From NCBI RefSeq assembly GCF_000143415.4, contig NW_003314294.1, positions 687,453-751,452 of the forward strand: 64,000 nt of DNA. Reading direction: 5' to 3'. This document shows, piece after piece, positions 12,057 to 27,199 of the stretch. The notes under the pieces are model-generated. The model saw nothing but the letters and a program-made list of their open reading frames with translations. It searched no databases and was not told the DNA's origin. Position numbers and translations under genes: made by a program. The DNA comes from Selaginella moellendorffii (taxonomy: Eukaryota; Plantae; Lycopodiophyta). Position 1 is the stretch's first letter, and each line of letters begins with the position of its first letter.

Positions 12057-12675
12057 AGCAATTTATTTCAATTTAGATTTCCTTTGTAAAACTTTTAGTT
12101 GACTGTGTTGACTTGAGTTGACTTGTGCTGAGTTGAGCTCAACTCAACTTTGGACTATCCCCAACACTATCACTTTGCCCAAGAAAGAAGGATCCAAAGA
12201 TCACACATTTTTACACTTAGAGCAAAGCTAACCTATTTCTATGTGTGGTAGTGTAATTATCACTCCAAAAGAATGGTCATGGGGATCATCCAAAAGAGCC
12301 CAACTACTAACTCTCTACTTCCAAAAAGATCAATGCACTCGGGACTATCACGACTTTTGATGTCTCAACTACTTACTCCTGAACCTTCAGTCTTTGAAGA
12401 ATTCTATCGATTGAACAGTGGACAGATGTTGATGGAGCAACTGCGTAAAGAGGACGCCCCAATCTTGCAGTGGGAAATTCCAGAGCCATGCAAGATCCAG
12501 ATCGTTTGTGTATCGTTCTTGCAGAAAGTAGGCAAGCAAGTAGTCTCGATTGGGGCCACTTGTTGGCTGTCGAGAGATGTATTCTTCCAGTGCTCCAGAG
12601 TTGTGACCCCTTTGTCAAGATCACTTTTCTCAGTATCAGTCACCTAGACAAAGACAAGATTTACAACAAACCCAA

Positions 12676-12678
<3 letters not shown>

Positions 12679-12712
<34 letters not shown>
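12679..12712. repeat. (TA)17 microsatellite
   Basis: Direct reading. Confidence 0.95.
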
Positions 12713-12715
<3 letters not shown>

Positions 12716-13254
12716 GACATAGAATCTAGCACATCTGGTCTTCTATCCTCCGCTTAAGCTATGACAATTTAGCAAAGAGATCCATTCCAAAGACTCTGGG
12801 TCAAGTCCTCCATGGTCTTGGTCAGCGCGTCAGTCCTGCTTCCCGAGGAATCTGCAAACCCGTGTGCATGACACGCAGGAGCTCCTTGATCGCCTAGTTG
12901 CCTCCTCGTAAGCCTCTAGAACCGACTCGGCCCTGCTAACCAGCGCCGTCGCCAGTGCCACTGGCAATTCCCCGTCCTGGCCGGTATCTAATTGCTCTAG
13001 AATCGGCAGAAGCCGCTCGCAAAACCCCACAAAGCTCCGGACACACTCAAGCTTAGTCCCAGCACGGTGCTGGTGTCGATCCGATCAAGAACCTAGCCCA
13101 GACCGATCAATCCGCCGCTGTGCCGCAATCCCATCTCTGGCTATCAGGGCGTTAGGGCAGTTTTTCCCTACATCGTGAGGAGTCTCCCACGGAGTGTCCG
13201 CCACGCAAATTATTAACTGATTATCTTCTGATTTATGGTGCGATCAATTTTCAT

Positions 13255-15311
13255 TTAATATGAAGTCAAGTTTTGATATCTCGAGAGCAAAGGTTCTCTG
13301 CAATCCATATTAGCATCCAGCAAATTTACCACCTGAGAAAGTTAAGAAACTTGCATAAGAAATGCCAATGATGGAGATTTCTAAGTTCTTACTCGTTCCA
13401 TGTTGGGCCTTTCATCTGGCGCACTTCGCACACACAAAAATGCTGTGTACATCATTCTTCTCATCTCATGGGCATTGAGAATTGTCAAATTTGGATCCAC
13501 CAGCTCATGAGTAGCACCGGTTTTCTCAAGAAAATGTGCCTGTTTAACAAGTTATCATCAATTAGCACCTGTGAAAGATCCATACCCAATGTACCAAGCT
13601 TTGCTCTTTTGATGTAAGTGTGAAATCAATGGGAGCTCTTCCAGAAATTAGCTCTAAGAGCACCACTCCAAACGCATGAACATCCGTTTTTTCATTGCCA
13701 TATCCATGAACCATGTACTCTGGAGCCATATAACTACGAGCATTCACACATTTACAGGAAGCGAGTTTGTAAAGAAAATCTTACCCAAAAGTTCCAACGA
13801 GTCCACTGGTTACTTCGTTACTCCATCTTGCAAAGCCAAAATCTGAGATTTGTGCATCAAAGTCATGAGAGAGCAATATGTTGGAACTCTTCACATCTTG
13901 ATGGATTATATGATGAGGAGCAAGATTATGAAGGTGGTGAAGGCCTCTTCCAGCTCCAAGTGCTACTTTTTGCAGCTTAATACCTTTCTTTTACCTGGAA
14001 AACATATTATAAAAATGAAAAAAAGAAAAGGAAATAACTGACCATAAAGATGATCTTGAAGGCTCCCATTTTGCAAAAACTTGTAGACCAGCAGCCTGTG
14101 TGTTCCTTCAGAACAGAAGCCAATAAGCGATACCAGGTTCTGGTGACGAATGTAAGATATGAACTTGATTTCTCTTGAGAATTCTCGTTGACCGGAGTTG
14201 CTATTTAGCAAATGTTTCACCGCAACAATGGTTCCATGTTGAAGAGTTGCCTTGTAAACATGAGAACAACCCCCACTTCCAACCAAGTTTTCTGGAAAGA
14301 TAAAAATAATTATGGAAAATATCGAATATAAATAATTTGGTTACCCATTGCAAAGTTTCCAGTGGCTTGGAGCAACTCCTCGTATGAGAATTCTTTGACA
14401 GATACATTTTCTGATTTTGGATTTCTTGAGAGAGTTCGGTCTTTAAGCACCGTGGTGGGTGAGCCTGATTCTGAGGACCATGATAAATCAGAACTTATAT
14501 CAGCTGAGAAACTCAAGACTGTTTCCATAGAACATGAGCTTGATGATGCTCTGCTGCTCCGTCTTGAGTTTTGGCTCTCTTCCTTTTCTAACTTATTCTC
14601 CTTTTGAAGTAAGGATTTTAGTGTGTGATCTTTGCCTTTAAAACAAAATCATTAACAAGAGAAGCAAATGATATCTATACTCACAATTAGCACACCCAGA
14701 TTTGACTTGCATCACTTTTCCCTTGCGAACGACCATGACAGAACAGTAGGAAGGTAAATTTCTTACACAAGTTTTTCCAATTTTGCTCATGGTCCTGAAC
14801 AAAGAACCACAGATTTTTATAATGTAAACCGAAAACAAACCTGGAAATAAATTGCCTTTGCGAATTCCCAAGAACAACCAATGTTGCTTTGATTTTTCTG
14901 GCCTCTTGAACGATTCCATTGCAAATATCTGAGCTCTGGACTACTACTGATGAAACAGTCACCTGTTTTTTACAAATGCATCAATAGAAATTCACATGTA
15001 AAACTCAAACCTTTGGAGTTCTCAAATGAATGTCAAGCAAAGCTTGGCAAATGGCCCTGTCGAAAGATAATCCAGCTTGATACCTTTGCAAGTCCTCTGT
15101 AGTAGCTTTGAAGAAATAAGAGGCACTTGAAACTTGAGTGAAATTATTTACCTGAGCTTTGAAACACATGCAAGAAAGTGATGTGGTCTTTCCTCTGTGC
15201 AAACTTGGATAACAAGAGCTTGAGAATTCCATGAATCTCGCCAGTTTCCTTAACAACCACCAAGATTCTAGCACTCGAATTGAGAAACTGCTTCAACCTT
15301 TTAGATCCCAT
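13255..15311 (-). pseudogene. Receptor-like cytoplasmic kinase with N-terminal USP/adenine nucleotide alpha hydrolase-like domain; probable pseudogene
   Basis: Exons encode [70 protein letters not shown] and YMAPEY. There is an apparent frameshift near 13965 (VLSCKK* versus KVALGAGRGL) and HRD is changed to HQD. Confidence 0.7.
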
Positions 15312-15917
15312 TATTTCGATTATGGAAAGATTCACTACTCTTTCGTCGTCTTCTTCGTTGACACCATCCAAAATGCAGGCCAAGCCAAGACACCTGCCGG
15401 CAGAATCGAGGATTTTTCTCTCTTGATCTGAAAATGTAGCTCTACAAATGGAGAGGAAGAGTGAAAGATTGCTAGAACTTGAAGATCTTTTCCATGCTTT
15501 CATCATTACAACAGTTCGGAGCACAAATCTTTGTGACTTGAGGCTAAAGCCAAGAAAAAAAACAGATCATCTTAGAAAAAGCAGTGTGAATATACCACAA
15601 AGACTTGAGAGCATCATTCAGAGCACTAACACTCAAGAGCCAAGGACTCTCTCCTTGTTGGAATCGCACACACGCTCAAAGCTCTTCATATTTCCTTCAA
15701 ACTTGAATAGATAACTCTTAGAAAAACTTGACAACAGTGAAGACAATGCAACACTATAGCTCAATATATAGTCTTTCACAAAAGACTCAACAATAAGATG
15801 AGAATGTGAAGACGTAAACTAAACGAAACCTTTTGGTCAAGATTTGGTCAATCCTAAAATCATGCTCGGATATTCTTTTAGAATATTTTACGATTTGGAA
15901 ACTATATCTAACGACGC

Positions 15918-16370
15918 TCACTCGACCACGTGGACAGCCCAGAAAACATCTAATGTACCCGCGACAAGTGGCACATCGTGCGTGACGCTGTTCCTCCATG
16001 GCGGTGTGCCTCCGTTGCCTCGCAGGAGCGATCCATCGCGCGTCCGCAGCGCGATCAATCGATTGGGCACAATCTCCTCGGGCTTCCAGTCGCAGAGATC
16101 GTCCGATTTGGTGGGATTGGTCTGGATCACCTTCTTGCCCGTCATTCCCAGCAGAAAAGGGGTGCGCGATCCAGTGAGATAGCAATTGTAGCAGCTCCTC
16201 AGGCGAATCCTCTCCCCATCGCCCACCATCACGCGCCTCACCTCCCAGATCGCATTCTCACTATCGCTCTTGCGGCTCTGGGACACCCCGCGCTTGTCAT
16301 CGTCCGCCCACAGGAACTTGCCGTGGCAATTGCTTAGCTTCACCTTCCTGGCGCCGTCGAAGAACTCCAT
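15918..16370 (-). CDS. DUF569 (fascin/actin-crosslinking-like) plant protein, 150 aa
   Basis: MEFF..KVKL..HGKFLWADDD..VSQ, PFLLGMTGKKVIQ and LRGNGGTPPWRNSVTHD family motifs. Confidence 0.88.
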   Translation of the reverse strand: MEFFDGARKVKLSNCHGKFLWADDDKRGVSQSRKSDSENAIWEVRRVMVGDGERIRLRSCYNCYLTGSRTPFLLGMTGKKVIQTNPTKSDDLCDWKPEEIVPNRLIALRTRDGSLLRGNGGTPPWRNSVTHDVPLVAGTLDVFWAVHVVE

Positions 16371-16518
16371 CGATCGAAGTCTCGATCCCGCCCAGCTCGA
16401 TCGAGCTCTGTGCGAGCAGGATCGATCGATAGACCCAGAGACCTAAGCCTTTGAAGAAGAAAAGGGCGTGAAGCTTCCTCTTCCCGCGTTGCTATGCTGG
16501 CCAGCCACGTCACTAACG

Positions 16519-17202
16519 CTATTCTGACGTGTCATGACGCGTCACTTTACCGTTATGATGTGCCCGTGTTCCAGGGAAAATCTGTCGCTCATCCTCTAGA
16601 ACAGTATCCTCCGTGACTAAATCCTGTAACAAGCCGATCGCGGAGCTAAGATCGACCCCAAGAATCTCGCCAAAGCCCTGTGCCTTTGCCGCAAACCATC
16701 GCCTGTCGGGCAGCCTCGAGTCGATCTCCTGGAAGCAGCAAGCGCTCAATTCCTGGAGGCCCTCCAGAACTTCTCTCGCCCTCTTGAGCCACTCGCGAAG
16801 AGCATCACCGTGGCGACTCGCGGCATTGGCAGCCAAACCCAAGAGCTCCATCGCGAGAGCTCTGCACAGACTCATACTCGTTCGATGATCGAGGTGCTGG
16901 GCTCCTGGATGCGATTGGGTTTGATCATCATCGGTGCCTAGTTGCGGAGCCTCTGGGACTGGGCTGTGCTCCAGGATCATCCATATCCTGGACAGTGCAA
17001 GCACGCAAATGGCGGTGGAGAGAAAGAGGGGGAGGAAGAAGAGGATGGTCTTGTGTAAGATTATGATGCTGGCTAGCAACGCTATGCCAGTTGCTAAGCG
17101 ATTCTCACCAAGGAATGCTGAGACCTTATCCAGCGCTGTTTCTTCCTCCTCCTCGTCTTCCACTTGTTTTCCAATTTCCATGATCTTGGTCGGTGGCCGC
17201 AT
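16519..17202 (-). CDS. Hypothetical membrane protein, 227 aa
   Basis: ATG-initiated ORF with coding-like composition and two N-terminal hydrophobic segments; no family recognised. Confidence 0.5.
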   Translation of the reverse strand: MRPPTKIMEIGKQVEDEEEEETALDKVSAFLGENRLATGIALLASIIILHKTILFFLPLFLSTAICVLALSRIWMILEHSPVPEAPQLGTDDDQTQSHPGAQHLDHRTSMSLCRALAMELLGLAANAASRHGDALREWLKRAREVLEGLQELSACCFQEIDSRLPDRRWFAAKAQGFGEILGVDLSSAIGLLQDLVTEDTVLEDERQIFPGTRAHHNGKVTRHDTSE

Positions 17203-17334
17203 ACGTTCTAATGTTTCCGAGAAAAGTTTTGAACATGCGGTAAAGATCCTGCCACGTATGCTACAAACGACGGTTCGGATCTGAGCCGCAAATTCACTTT
17301 TAAATGGATATGCTGTGAATATCCATGCAAAAGG

Positions 17335-17691
17335 ATGAACGCGAACCTTTTTTTGGAAAAGGATAAACTGCTATATATATGTTACGATTGTGGTTTGATT
17401 AAAGGAAAGATGGAAGGCTACTTTACTGTGGAAGAACTAATGGCGAGACGAAGGAAGGGAATTGAGAAGTGGAAAGTTTTGTTGACGCCCGAGCAAATCC
17501 TGGAGAAGAGACGCCTGTGGGAGCAGCAAAATCACGAAGACTACATGGAAGAAATTGGCGACCAAGTCAAGGATACACAAGGCCAAGAGTTTAATCTTAT
17601 AAGAGCTTCACAGTCTCATCATGTCTTTGTGACTGTTGTCAAGTTTCTAGCGAAACTTTTTTCCATGCTTGTAAAATACGAAGGAAACTAG
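17335..17691 (+). CDS. Hypothetical charged protein (possibly spliced)
   Basis: ORF with helical charged stretch EELMARRRKGIEKWK..EQILEKRRLWEQQ; no family recognised. Confidence 0.3.
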   Translation: MNANLFLEKDKLLYICYDCGLIKGKMEGYFTVEELMARRRKGIEKWKVLLTPEQILEKRRLWEQQNHEDYMEEIGDQVKDTQGQEFNLIRASQSHHVFVTVVKFLAKLFSMLVKYEGN

Positions 17692-17770
17692 CTCTAAGTT
17701 GATGATCCAGTTGATGGATCCGATCTCACCGCAGAAGTTCTCGCAAGTTCTTCATCGACTATGAGCTGCC

Positions 17771-19819
17771 TCATTGCGTAGATAAGAGATCGAATTCATC
17801 TTCTAGAACTTCCTTGGTATCTGGATCGTAGCATGCGTCCTTTAGAAGCGAGTTAAGTCGGATTATCTTCTCGACTCGAGGATGATGCGAACGATCACCA
17901 CTCACAAACCTGTGCACGGATCCATCCTCCAGCCTCAGAAAGCTCTCTCCAGCTTGCTTCTTCACGCCTCGCTCGTTCATCAATCCTCTCACTCTCTCGG
18001 CCTCGTCGTGCATCCCAAGCTTTCCAAAAATGTTGGAGAGAAGAACGTAAGTTCCTCCATTGTTTGGCTCGAGCTCCAGGACTTTCTCGGCCGCGTACGC
18101 TGCTCGTTTCACGTCGAGATGGATCTTGCAAGCTCCCAGAAAGCTCCCCCAGGCCGCAAAGTCTGGACGATAAGGCATGGTTTCGACGAGCTCTAGCGCA
18201 GCTCCGAGCTTTCCAGACCGTCCCAGAAGATCGATCATCAGCCAGTAGTGATCTTTGAGAGGCTGGATCCCGTGGTCACTGCTCATCGACGTGAAGAGCT
18301 CCCAGCCTTGCTCTAGCAATCCACCATGGCTGCAACCATAGAGAACGCAAATAAAAGATATCTCATCGACTTCCAGGCCTTCGAGCTCCATAGTTTGAAA
18401 GATCGCTAAGGCGGCTCTTGCATGTCCGGCGTGAGCGTGAGCGGCCACCAGCGAGCTCCACGCTACGTGATTCTTCTCGGGGATTTTTTCAAACACCTGC
18501 TCGGTGCCTTGGACGTGACCAACTTGAGCGTAAGCTCCCAGGATTGTATTGTAAGCCATGGAATCCACGCTGGGCATTTTCTCAAAGACAAACTTTGCTT
18601 CTTCCAAACGACCATTTTGGATGTAGCCCCGGACGAGAGAAGTCCACGAAACGTTACACCGGTTTGGCATCGCAGCAAACAGTTCTCTTGCGAGGACTAA
18701 GTTTCCAGCTTGAGTGTAGGCCGTGACCATCGCATTCCATGAGACTGTGTTCTTCTCTAGACAACGATCAAACATCTCTCTTGCGTTTTCTAGGCTACCA
18801 TTTTGAGCGTAGGCAATCAGCATTGTGTTCCACGACATGGTGCTGTGCTTGCTCATTCGATCGAGCATCGCTTTCGCTTCTAGAATCCTCGCGTTCTTCC
18901 CGTAAGCCAGCATTAGAGACGTCCACGACATGACACTTCGCTGTGGCATCACGTCAAACACCAGTTTTGCTTGCTCCAAATCGCCATTCTCGGCAAGAGC
19001 GTGCAAGAAGCTCGCCCACGATATCAAATCCCACTTTGCCATTCTCACAAACATCTCCTTTGACCTTTTTGCATCACCTTTTTCTCCATACGCGGCCGCT
19101 AAAGCGTTCCAAGACACTTCGTTTCTTTCAGGCATTCTTTCAAAAGTTAACTTTGCAAGCTCTAAATGCCCAGACTGGGCATAAGTTTGGAGCATAGTAG
19201 TCCAAGAGACAACATTAGGCTCCGGCATTTTATCAAACACTTTCTTTGACTTTTCAACATCTCCAGAAAACGCGTAGGCTTGCATTAACGTTGACCACGT
19301 TATAACGTTTCCTTGCGGCATCTTATCAAACGTAGTCTTGGCCTCCTCCAAATGCCCGCTTTGGGCATATGCGTAAAGCATTGAGCTCCACGATACAACT
19401 TTTCTTCCTTTCATTCCATCAAAGGTTAGCTTTGCGTTTTGGAGCTGAAAATTCTGTGAGTAAGCCTTTATCATTGTTGTGCACGAGACTTCGTTGGGAT
19501 CAGCCATGGATTCGAAGAAACTCTTGGCTTGATCCAAGCACCCGTTTCGTGCTAACGACGCGAGCATGATGTTGTGAGAGATGAGATTTGGGCTGCGAAT
19601 GCTGTGGAAGAGCTGCTGCGCATCTTCGAGGCTGCCACATTTGCCATACATGTCGAGCAAGAGATTGGCGAGGTAGAGGCTGTGCCTATGATCGCTGTGG
19701 AGAATCCGCGAGTGGATGCGCCGGCCCTCTGCTAGATCCCTCGATTTCGTGCAGGATTTGACGAGATCCGCGTAGAAGAACACCGATCGCCTCGCGAGAT
19801 CGCCGAAGGAGACACACAT
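17771..19819 (-). CDS. PLS-class pentatricopeptide repeat protein with E/E+ domain (no complete DYW), 682 aa, intronless; likely organellar RNA editing factor
   Basis: Many 31-aa repeats (e.g. NVVSWTTMLQTYAQSGHLELAKLTFERMPER), CSHGGLLEQG, HY..MIDLLGRSG, WGSFLGACKIH, YVLLSNI and a PG-box-like GVKKQAGES. Confidence 0.95.
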   Translation of the reverse strand: MCVSFGDLARRSVFFYADLVKSCTKSRDLAEGRRIHSRILHSDHRHSLYLANLLLDMYGKCGSLEDAQQLFHSIRSPNLISHNIMLASLARNGCLDQAKSFFESMADPNEVSCTTMIKAYSQNFQLQNAKLTFDGMKGRKVVSWSSMLYAYAQSGHLEEAKTTFDKMPQGNVITWSTLMQAYAFSGDVEKSKKVFDKMPEPNVVSWTTMLQTYAQSGHLELAKLTFERMPERNEVSWNALAAAYGEKGDAKRSKEMFVRMAKWDLISWASFLHALAENGDLEQAKLVFDVMPQRSVMSWTSLMLAYGKNARILEAKAMLDRMSKHSTMSWNTMLIAYAQNGSLENAREMFDRCLEKNTVSWNAMVTAYTQAGNLVLARELFAAMPNRCNVSWTSLVRGYIQNGRLEEAKFVFEKMPSVDSMAYNTILGAYAQVGHVQGTEQVFEKIPEKNHVAWSSLVAAHAHAGHARAALAIFQTMELEGLEVDEISFICVLYGCSHGGLLEQGWELFTSMSSDHGIQPLKDHYWLMIDLLGRSGKLGAALELVETMPYRPDFAAWGSFLGACKIHLDVKRAAYAAEKVLELEPNNGGTYVLLSNIFGKLGMHDEAERVRGLMNERGVKKQAGESFLRLEDGSVHRFVSGDRSHHPRVEKIIRLNSLLKDACYDPDTKEVLEDEFDLLSTQ

Positions 19820-19871
19820 GAAACATTTGGCGCCAAGAAGATTTTCATAACATTATTTCGTAAATAGCATA

Positions 19872-21408
19872 TTAGCGCTTTAGCACTTCTAGCGGAGTTT
19901 TCGCCCAGTTCACAGTCCCAGTGGTTTCTTCAACTCCATACTCTCGCCCCGGGATGAGAGCCCACTCAAAACGATGGATCAAATTTGCTAGTACGAGCTG
20001 GACGTTCCTAAGACCAAGGATCATCCCGGGGCAAGTTCTTCGCCCGGATCCAAAGGGAATGAGCTCAAAGTTTTGTCCTTTGACGTCAATCCTGGAGTCT
20101 CCAAGGAATCTCTCGGGACAAAACTTTGTTGGATTCTCCCACACATTTGGATCTCTTCCAATGGCATATAAGTTGACAATGGTTGTGGTTCCTTTAGGAA
20201 TGTCAAAGCCTGCGATTTTGCATTCTACAGTTGACTTGTGGGGAACCAAGAGTGGTGCTGGTGGATGGAGCCTCATTGTTTCTTTGATCACAGCGTTCAA
20301 ATAAGTTAGCTTCGGAAGATCACCCTCGTTGACTGTAGAGTTGGTCAAGTCAACGAATTTGACTAGCTCTTCTCGAGCTTTAACCATGGTGTGTGGATTG
20401 AGAAGAAGTTCCATGAGTGCCCATTCAATGCTCGAGGCACTTGTATCGGTTCCTCCAGCAAGTAATTCCTGAGATAACAAGAAAGGAGGATAATATTAAC
20501 TTAATAAGCTCGAGAAACTTTAATCATACCATTGTGAGTGCTTTGACCGTGTTCTCAGCTTTAAATGACTGCTTGTTTGATGAATCTGTGAAGCTTTCCA
20601 GCATAACATCCATAAAATCTTTGGTCTTTCTCGAGTTTTTGCTTCTCTTGTGCTCTTGGACAATTTGCTGCATAAACTTGTCCGACTTTGCTTGGAGAAT
20701 TTTCACTTTTGGAATGTTCCAGTCGATCCACCTCAAATAAGACGGGACAAACTCACTAATATGAAACTTGAGAGCCATCTCTACAGTCTCGATTGAGACT
20801 TTCTTGAACTCTCTGGCTTGATCAGCATCCAGCAAAGCTCCGTTCTCGCAGAAGAATCTCTTGCTCATCACAGTCTCAGTCATAACGTTAAAACCATACG
20901 TGATCAAGAGATTTCTTATATTGATCACGCCATTCGTATTCTCAATAGTTGATATCATTCGAGAAATCTCCTCCTTTCTCACCCATTCAAACGAGTCAAT
21001 TCGATTTATGGTGAAGAGCTCCGTGGCACACAACTTTCGCAAGTTCTTCCAGTGCTCACCACCAGGAGTGAATCCCATTCCGCAGTAACCATATGAGAAA
21101 TACTCTCCAACGAGAAAGTAAGGCCTGGAAGAAAACTTTGCATCGTGTGTCTTGAGAATCTCTCTCGCCATATCGGGGCTGCTCACCACTATAGTTGGAA
21201 CCATTCCCAGCTTGAGATAGAGAATTGGGCCATATTTATTCGAGAGAACCTGGAGAGATTGGTGAGCCATTCTTGCTAAGAGATGGAGATGGCCGATCAA
21301 AGGTAGGCTCAGTGGGGATGGAGGCAATCGCTGGCGAGTAAAACTCAATCTCTTCGTCAGGACAAAAAGCACCAAGAACACGAGAACTCCAGCAAAGATG
21401 GTCGCCAT
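19872..21408 (-). CDS. Cytochrome P450, CYP71 clan (A-type); exons 21408-20530 and 20468-19872
   Basis: N-terminal anchor, LPPSP hinge, AGGTDTS I-helix, KETMRLHPP, PERF and heme motif PFGSGRRTCPG; conserved intron M position. Confidence 0.93.
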
Positions 21409-21689
21409 ATTGTGGTAATATACTCGAGAAATGACTGCTTCTACAAGCTCCCCTGAAGGTGGCCTCTTATAGTTTCCACGTTCAAACTTAGCGGCATGCA
21501 AATTAAACTCGAATACATCAATAACGTTCTTACGAGCTTCGTGAGCAGTTTCCTTTCGGGAGAACGTCACACTTAACAGTGGTCAACAAAACGTTCTGAG
21601 GAGTTTCTTCTGCCGCGGTCTGATTTTGTCAATTTCGGACGCATGGCATACTGCGATCGTGCCACGTCTCTTACATGCAGTTATTTCTG

Positions 21690-22000
21690 CGGACTTCTTA
21701 CAAGGTCGAGAATTCTTTGAATGAAAGTTCTTTCTTCTCTTTGAATGGTTTATAGAGTGACCATTCAAAGTGTGTCAAGGATTTGAAGCCCAGGGAGCTC
21801 AAAAGTGTGTTCGGGATGGGTGACCATGAAGACGCCAGCATTGCCGCTGGAAGAATCAGTATGAAGCCGAGTTTTTTTTATGCCGGCATACGTCGATAGT
21901 GATGAACCCAATGGACAAGGCGAACGTTGTGACGCTGTGTAGGGATATACGCAAACGTTACACGTACAAGGACTAAGTTTCCAGCTTAAGTGTAGGTCGT
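21690..22000. pseudogene. Mosaic remnant: cupin 5' fragment (+ strand, about 21690-21900) then PPR fragment (about 21950-22000)
   Basis: GACGCCAGCATTGCCGCTGGAAGAATC matches the reverse complement of the cupin exon 1; GGACTAAGTTTCCAGCTTAAGTGTAGG matches 18694-18720. Confidence 0.75.
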
Positions 22001-22741
22001 GATCATCGTGATCCTGTGCCTTGGCCGACGCGAGATGCTCTAGGCTCGTTTCATGGGCTACAGTGTGAATCCTGGGTCTACGCAAGCCTTCTCCGGGAGG
22101 ACTGCGACTGCACAGACCATAAATCGGATTTTTTCTTCATAGATTTCTAGAAGATTCTACGCGTGGATTTTAGAGGGCAATCAAGGTGGTCAATCCTTAC
22201 TTCCAAATTTGTTTGGGAGCGAGCCCAGCTGCAGGCGAACACACGCAAAAGTTGTGCAAACCAGAAGGGGTGACATCTGCTTCACTCTGGGAGCTTGATG
22301 ACTGATTGAGAATGTAGAGATCAAAACTAGCTTTACAACAGCATACTTTACATGGATAAGAATCATGAGCAAAGTTTTGTCTTCGCATTTGCTTGCGTTA
22401 ATACAGGTTTTGCAACAAACAGCTTGAGGATTCCAGGAAGAAAGAAAGAAAGAATCAGAATCAAGAGTAGCGATCCCAAGTAGATGGATCCCAGATGGTG
22501 CCGTCCTCAGCATTTTCTTCGTTGTCGTCGCGATCATCTTGCGGTGGTGGTGGCAGTGGACACTAGCAAAATAAAATTAAAAATTAAAAAAACTAATTTA
22601 AAAAACATTTTCACCATGCAAACTAATAATATCTAAATTAAAAAATTAAAATAGAATTAAGAGATAATATTCTGGGAGCTTACGTTCAAAATGACTCGGA
22701 CGGCTCATATAGCAATCTTTCAAACTGTAGAGCCCTTCTTT

Positions 22742-26786
<4,045 letters not shown>

Positions 26787-27199
26787 TTCAAACTAGAGTA
26801 ACACCATTTGAAGCAATTCCTCTTCTTCCTCCTCCTCCTCCTCCTCCTCTGCTTCTTCTCCTTGTCGCGCCTAGGAGATGGGAACAAAGGCTGAGACTAG
26901 CCCAAAACAAAAAAAGTTTTGCTCACCAGATCACAAGCAGCGCATTCCCAACGCGGTCGCTTCTTGATCCTGTTGCTCCGGCGATCCAGCAGTGGTCATC
27001 CATCTCCCTCGAACTGTCCGCAAGCCGCTTGTCGCCTAGCACCGCCATTCCAGCGGATATGCCCGCCCTGGGCATCATAGAACCCTAAAATGCCCCCTTC
27101 AAAAGTATACTCGAATATCCTCATTAAGTTAATGATTGTTTTATTGATAGGTTCTTATTGCGATGGAAGCTCGAGGCTTGCAGCTATGATCTTTCTTTT

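Larger units (their letters stand above)
1..12070 (+). mobile_element. Helentron/Helitron2-type rolling-circle transposon (Rep + PIF1 helicase + APE-like endonuclease), decayed, 5' end outside the window, interrupted by an LTR retrotransposon
   Basis: Rep motifs MIRQLGTPTLFLTLS, FQQCGTPHEHALIW, WQSNVDI..LDPYAAASYCLSYI and REMPIQQALF..SRTVKFIDT (1-1787). PIF1 motifs GGAGTGKS, APTGKAA, DEISMV, GDFYQL, EIMRQKD, TIHRAQGST and GQAYTALSRA (9636-11300). EEP endonuclease motifs LNTRS, DIICMQE, IDHIW and WTDH (11440-12017). Frameshifts occur in A-runs. The 3' end is approximate. Confidence 0.88.

Noticed and set aside
21409-21570. N-terminal extension of the P450 ORF
   Set aside because: Starts at GTG and is homologous to the mirrored non-coding promoter at about 29070-29235; the ATG at 21408 gives a normal membrane anchor.
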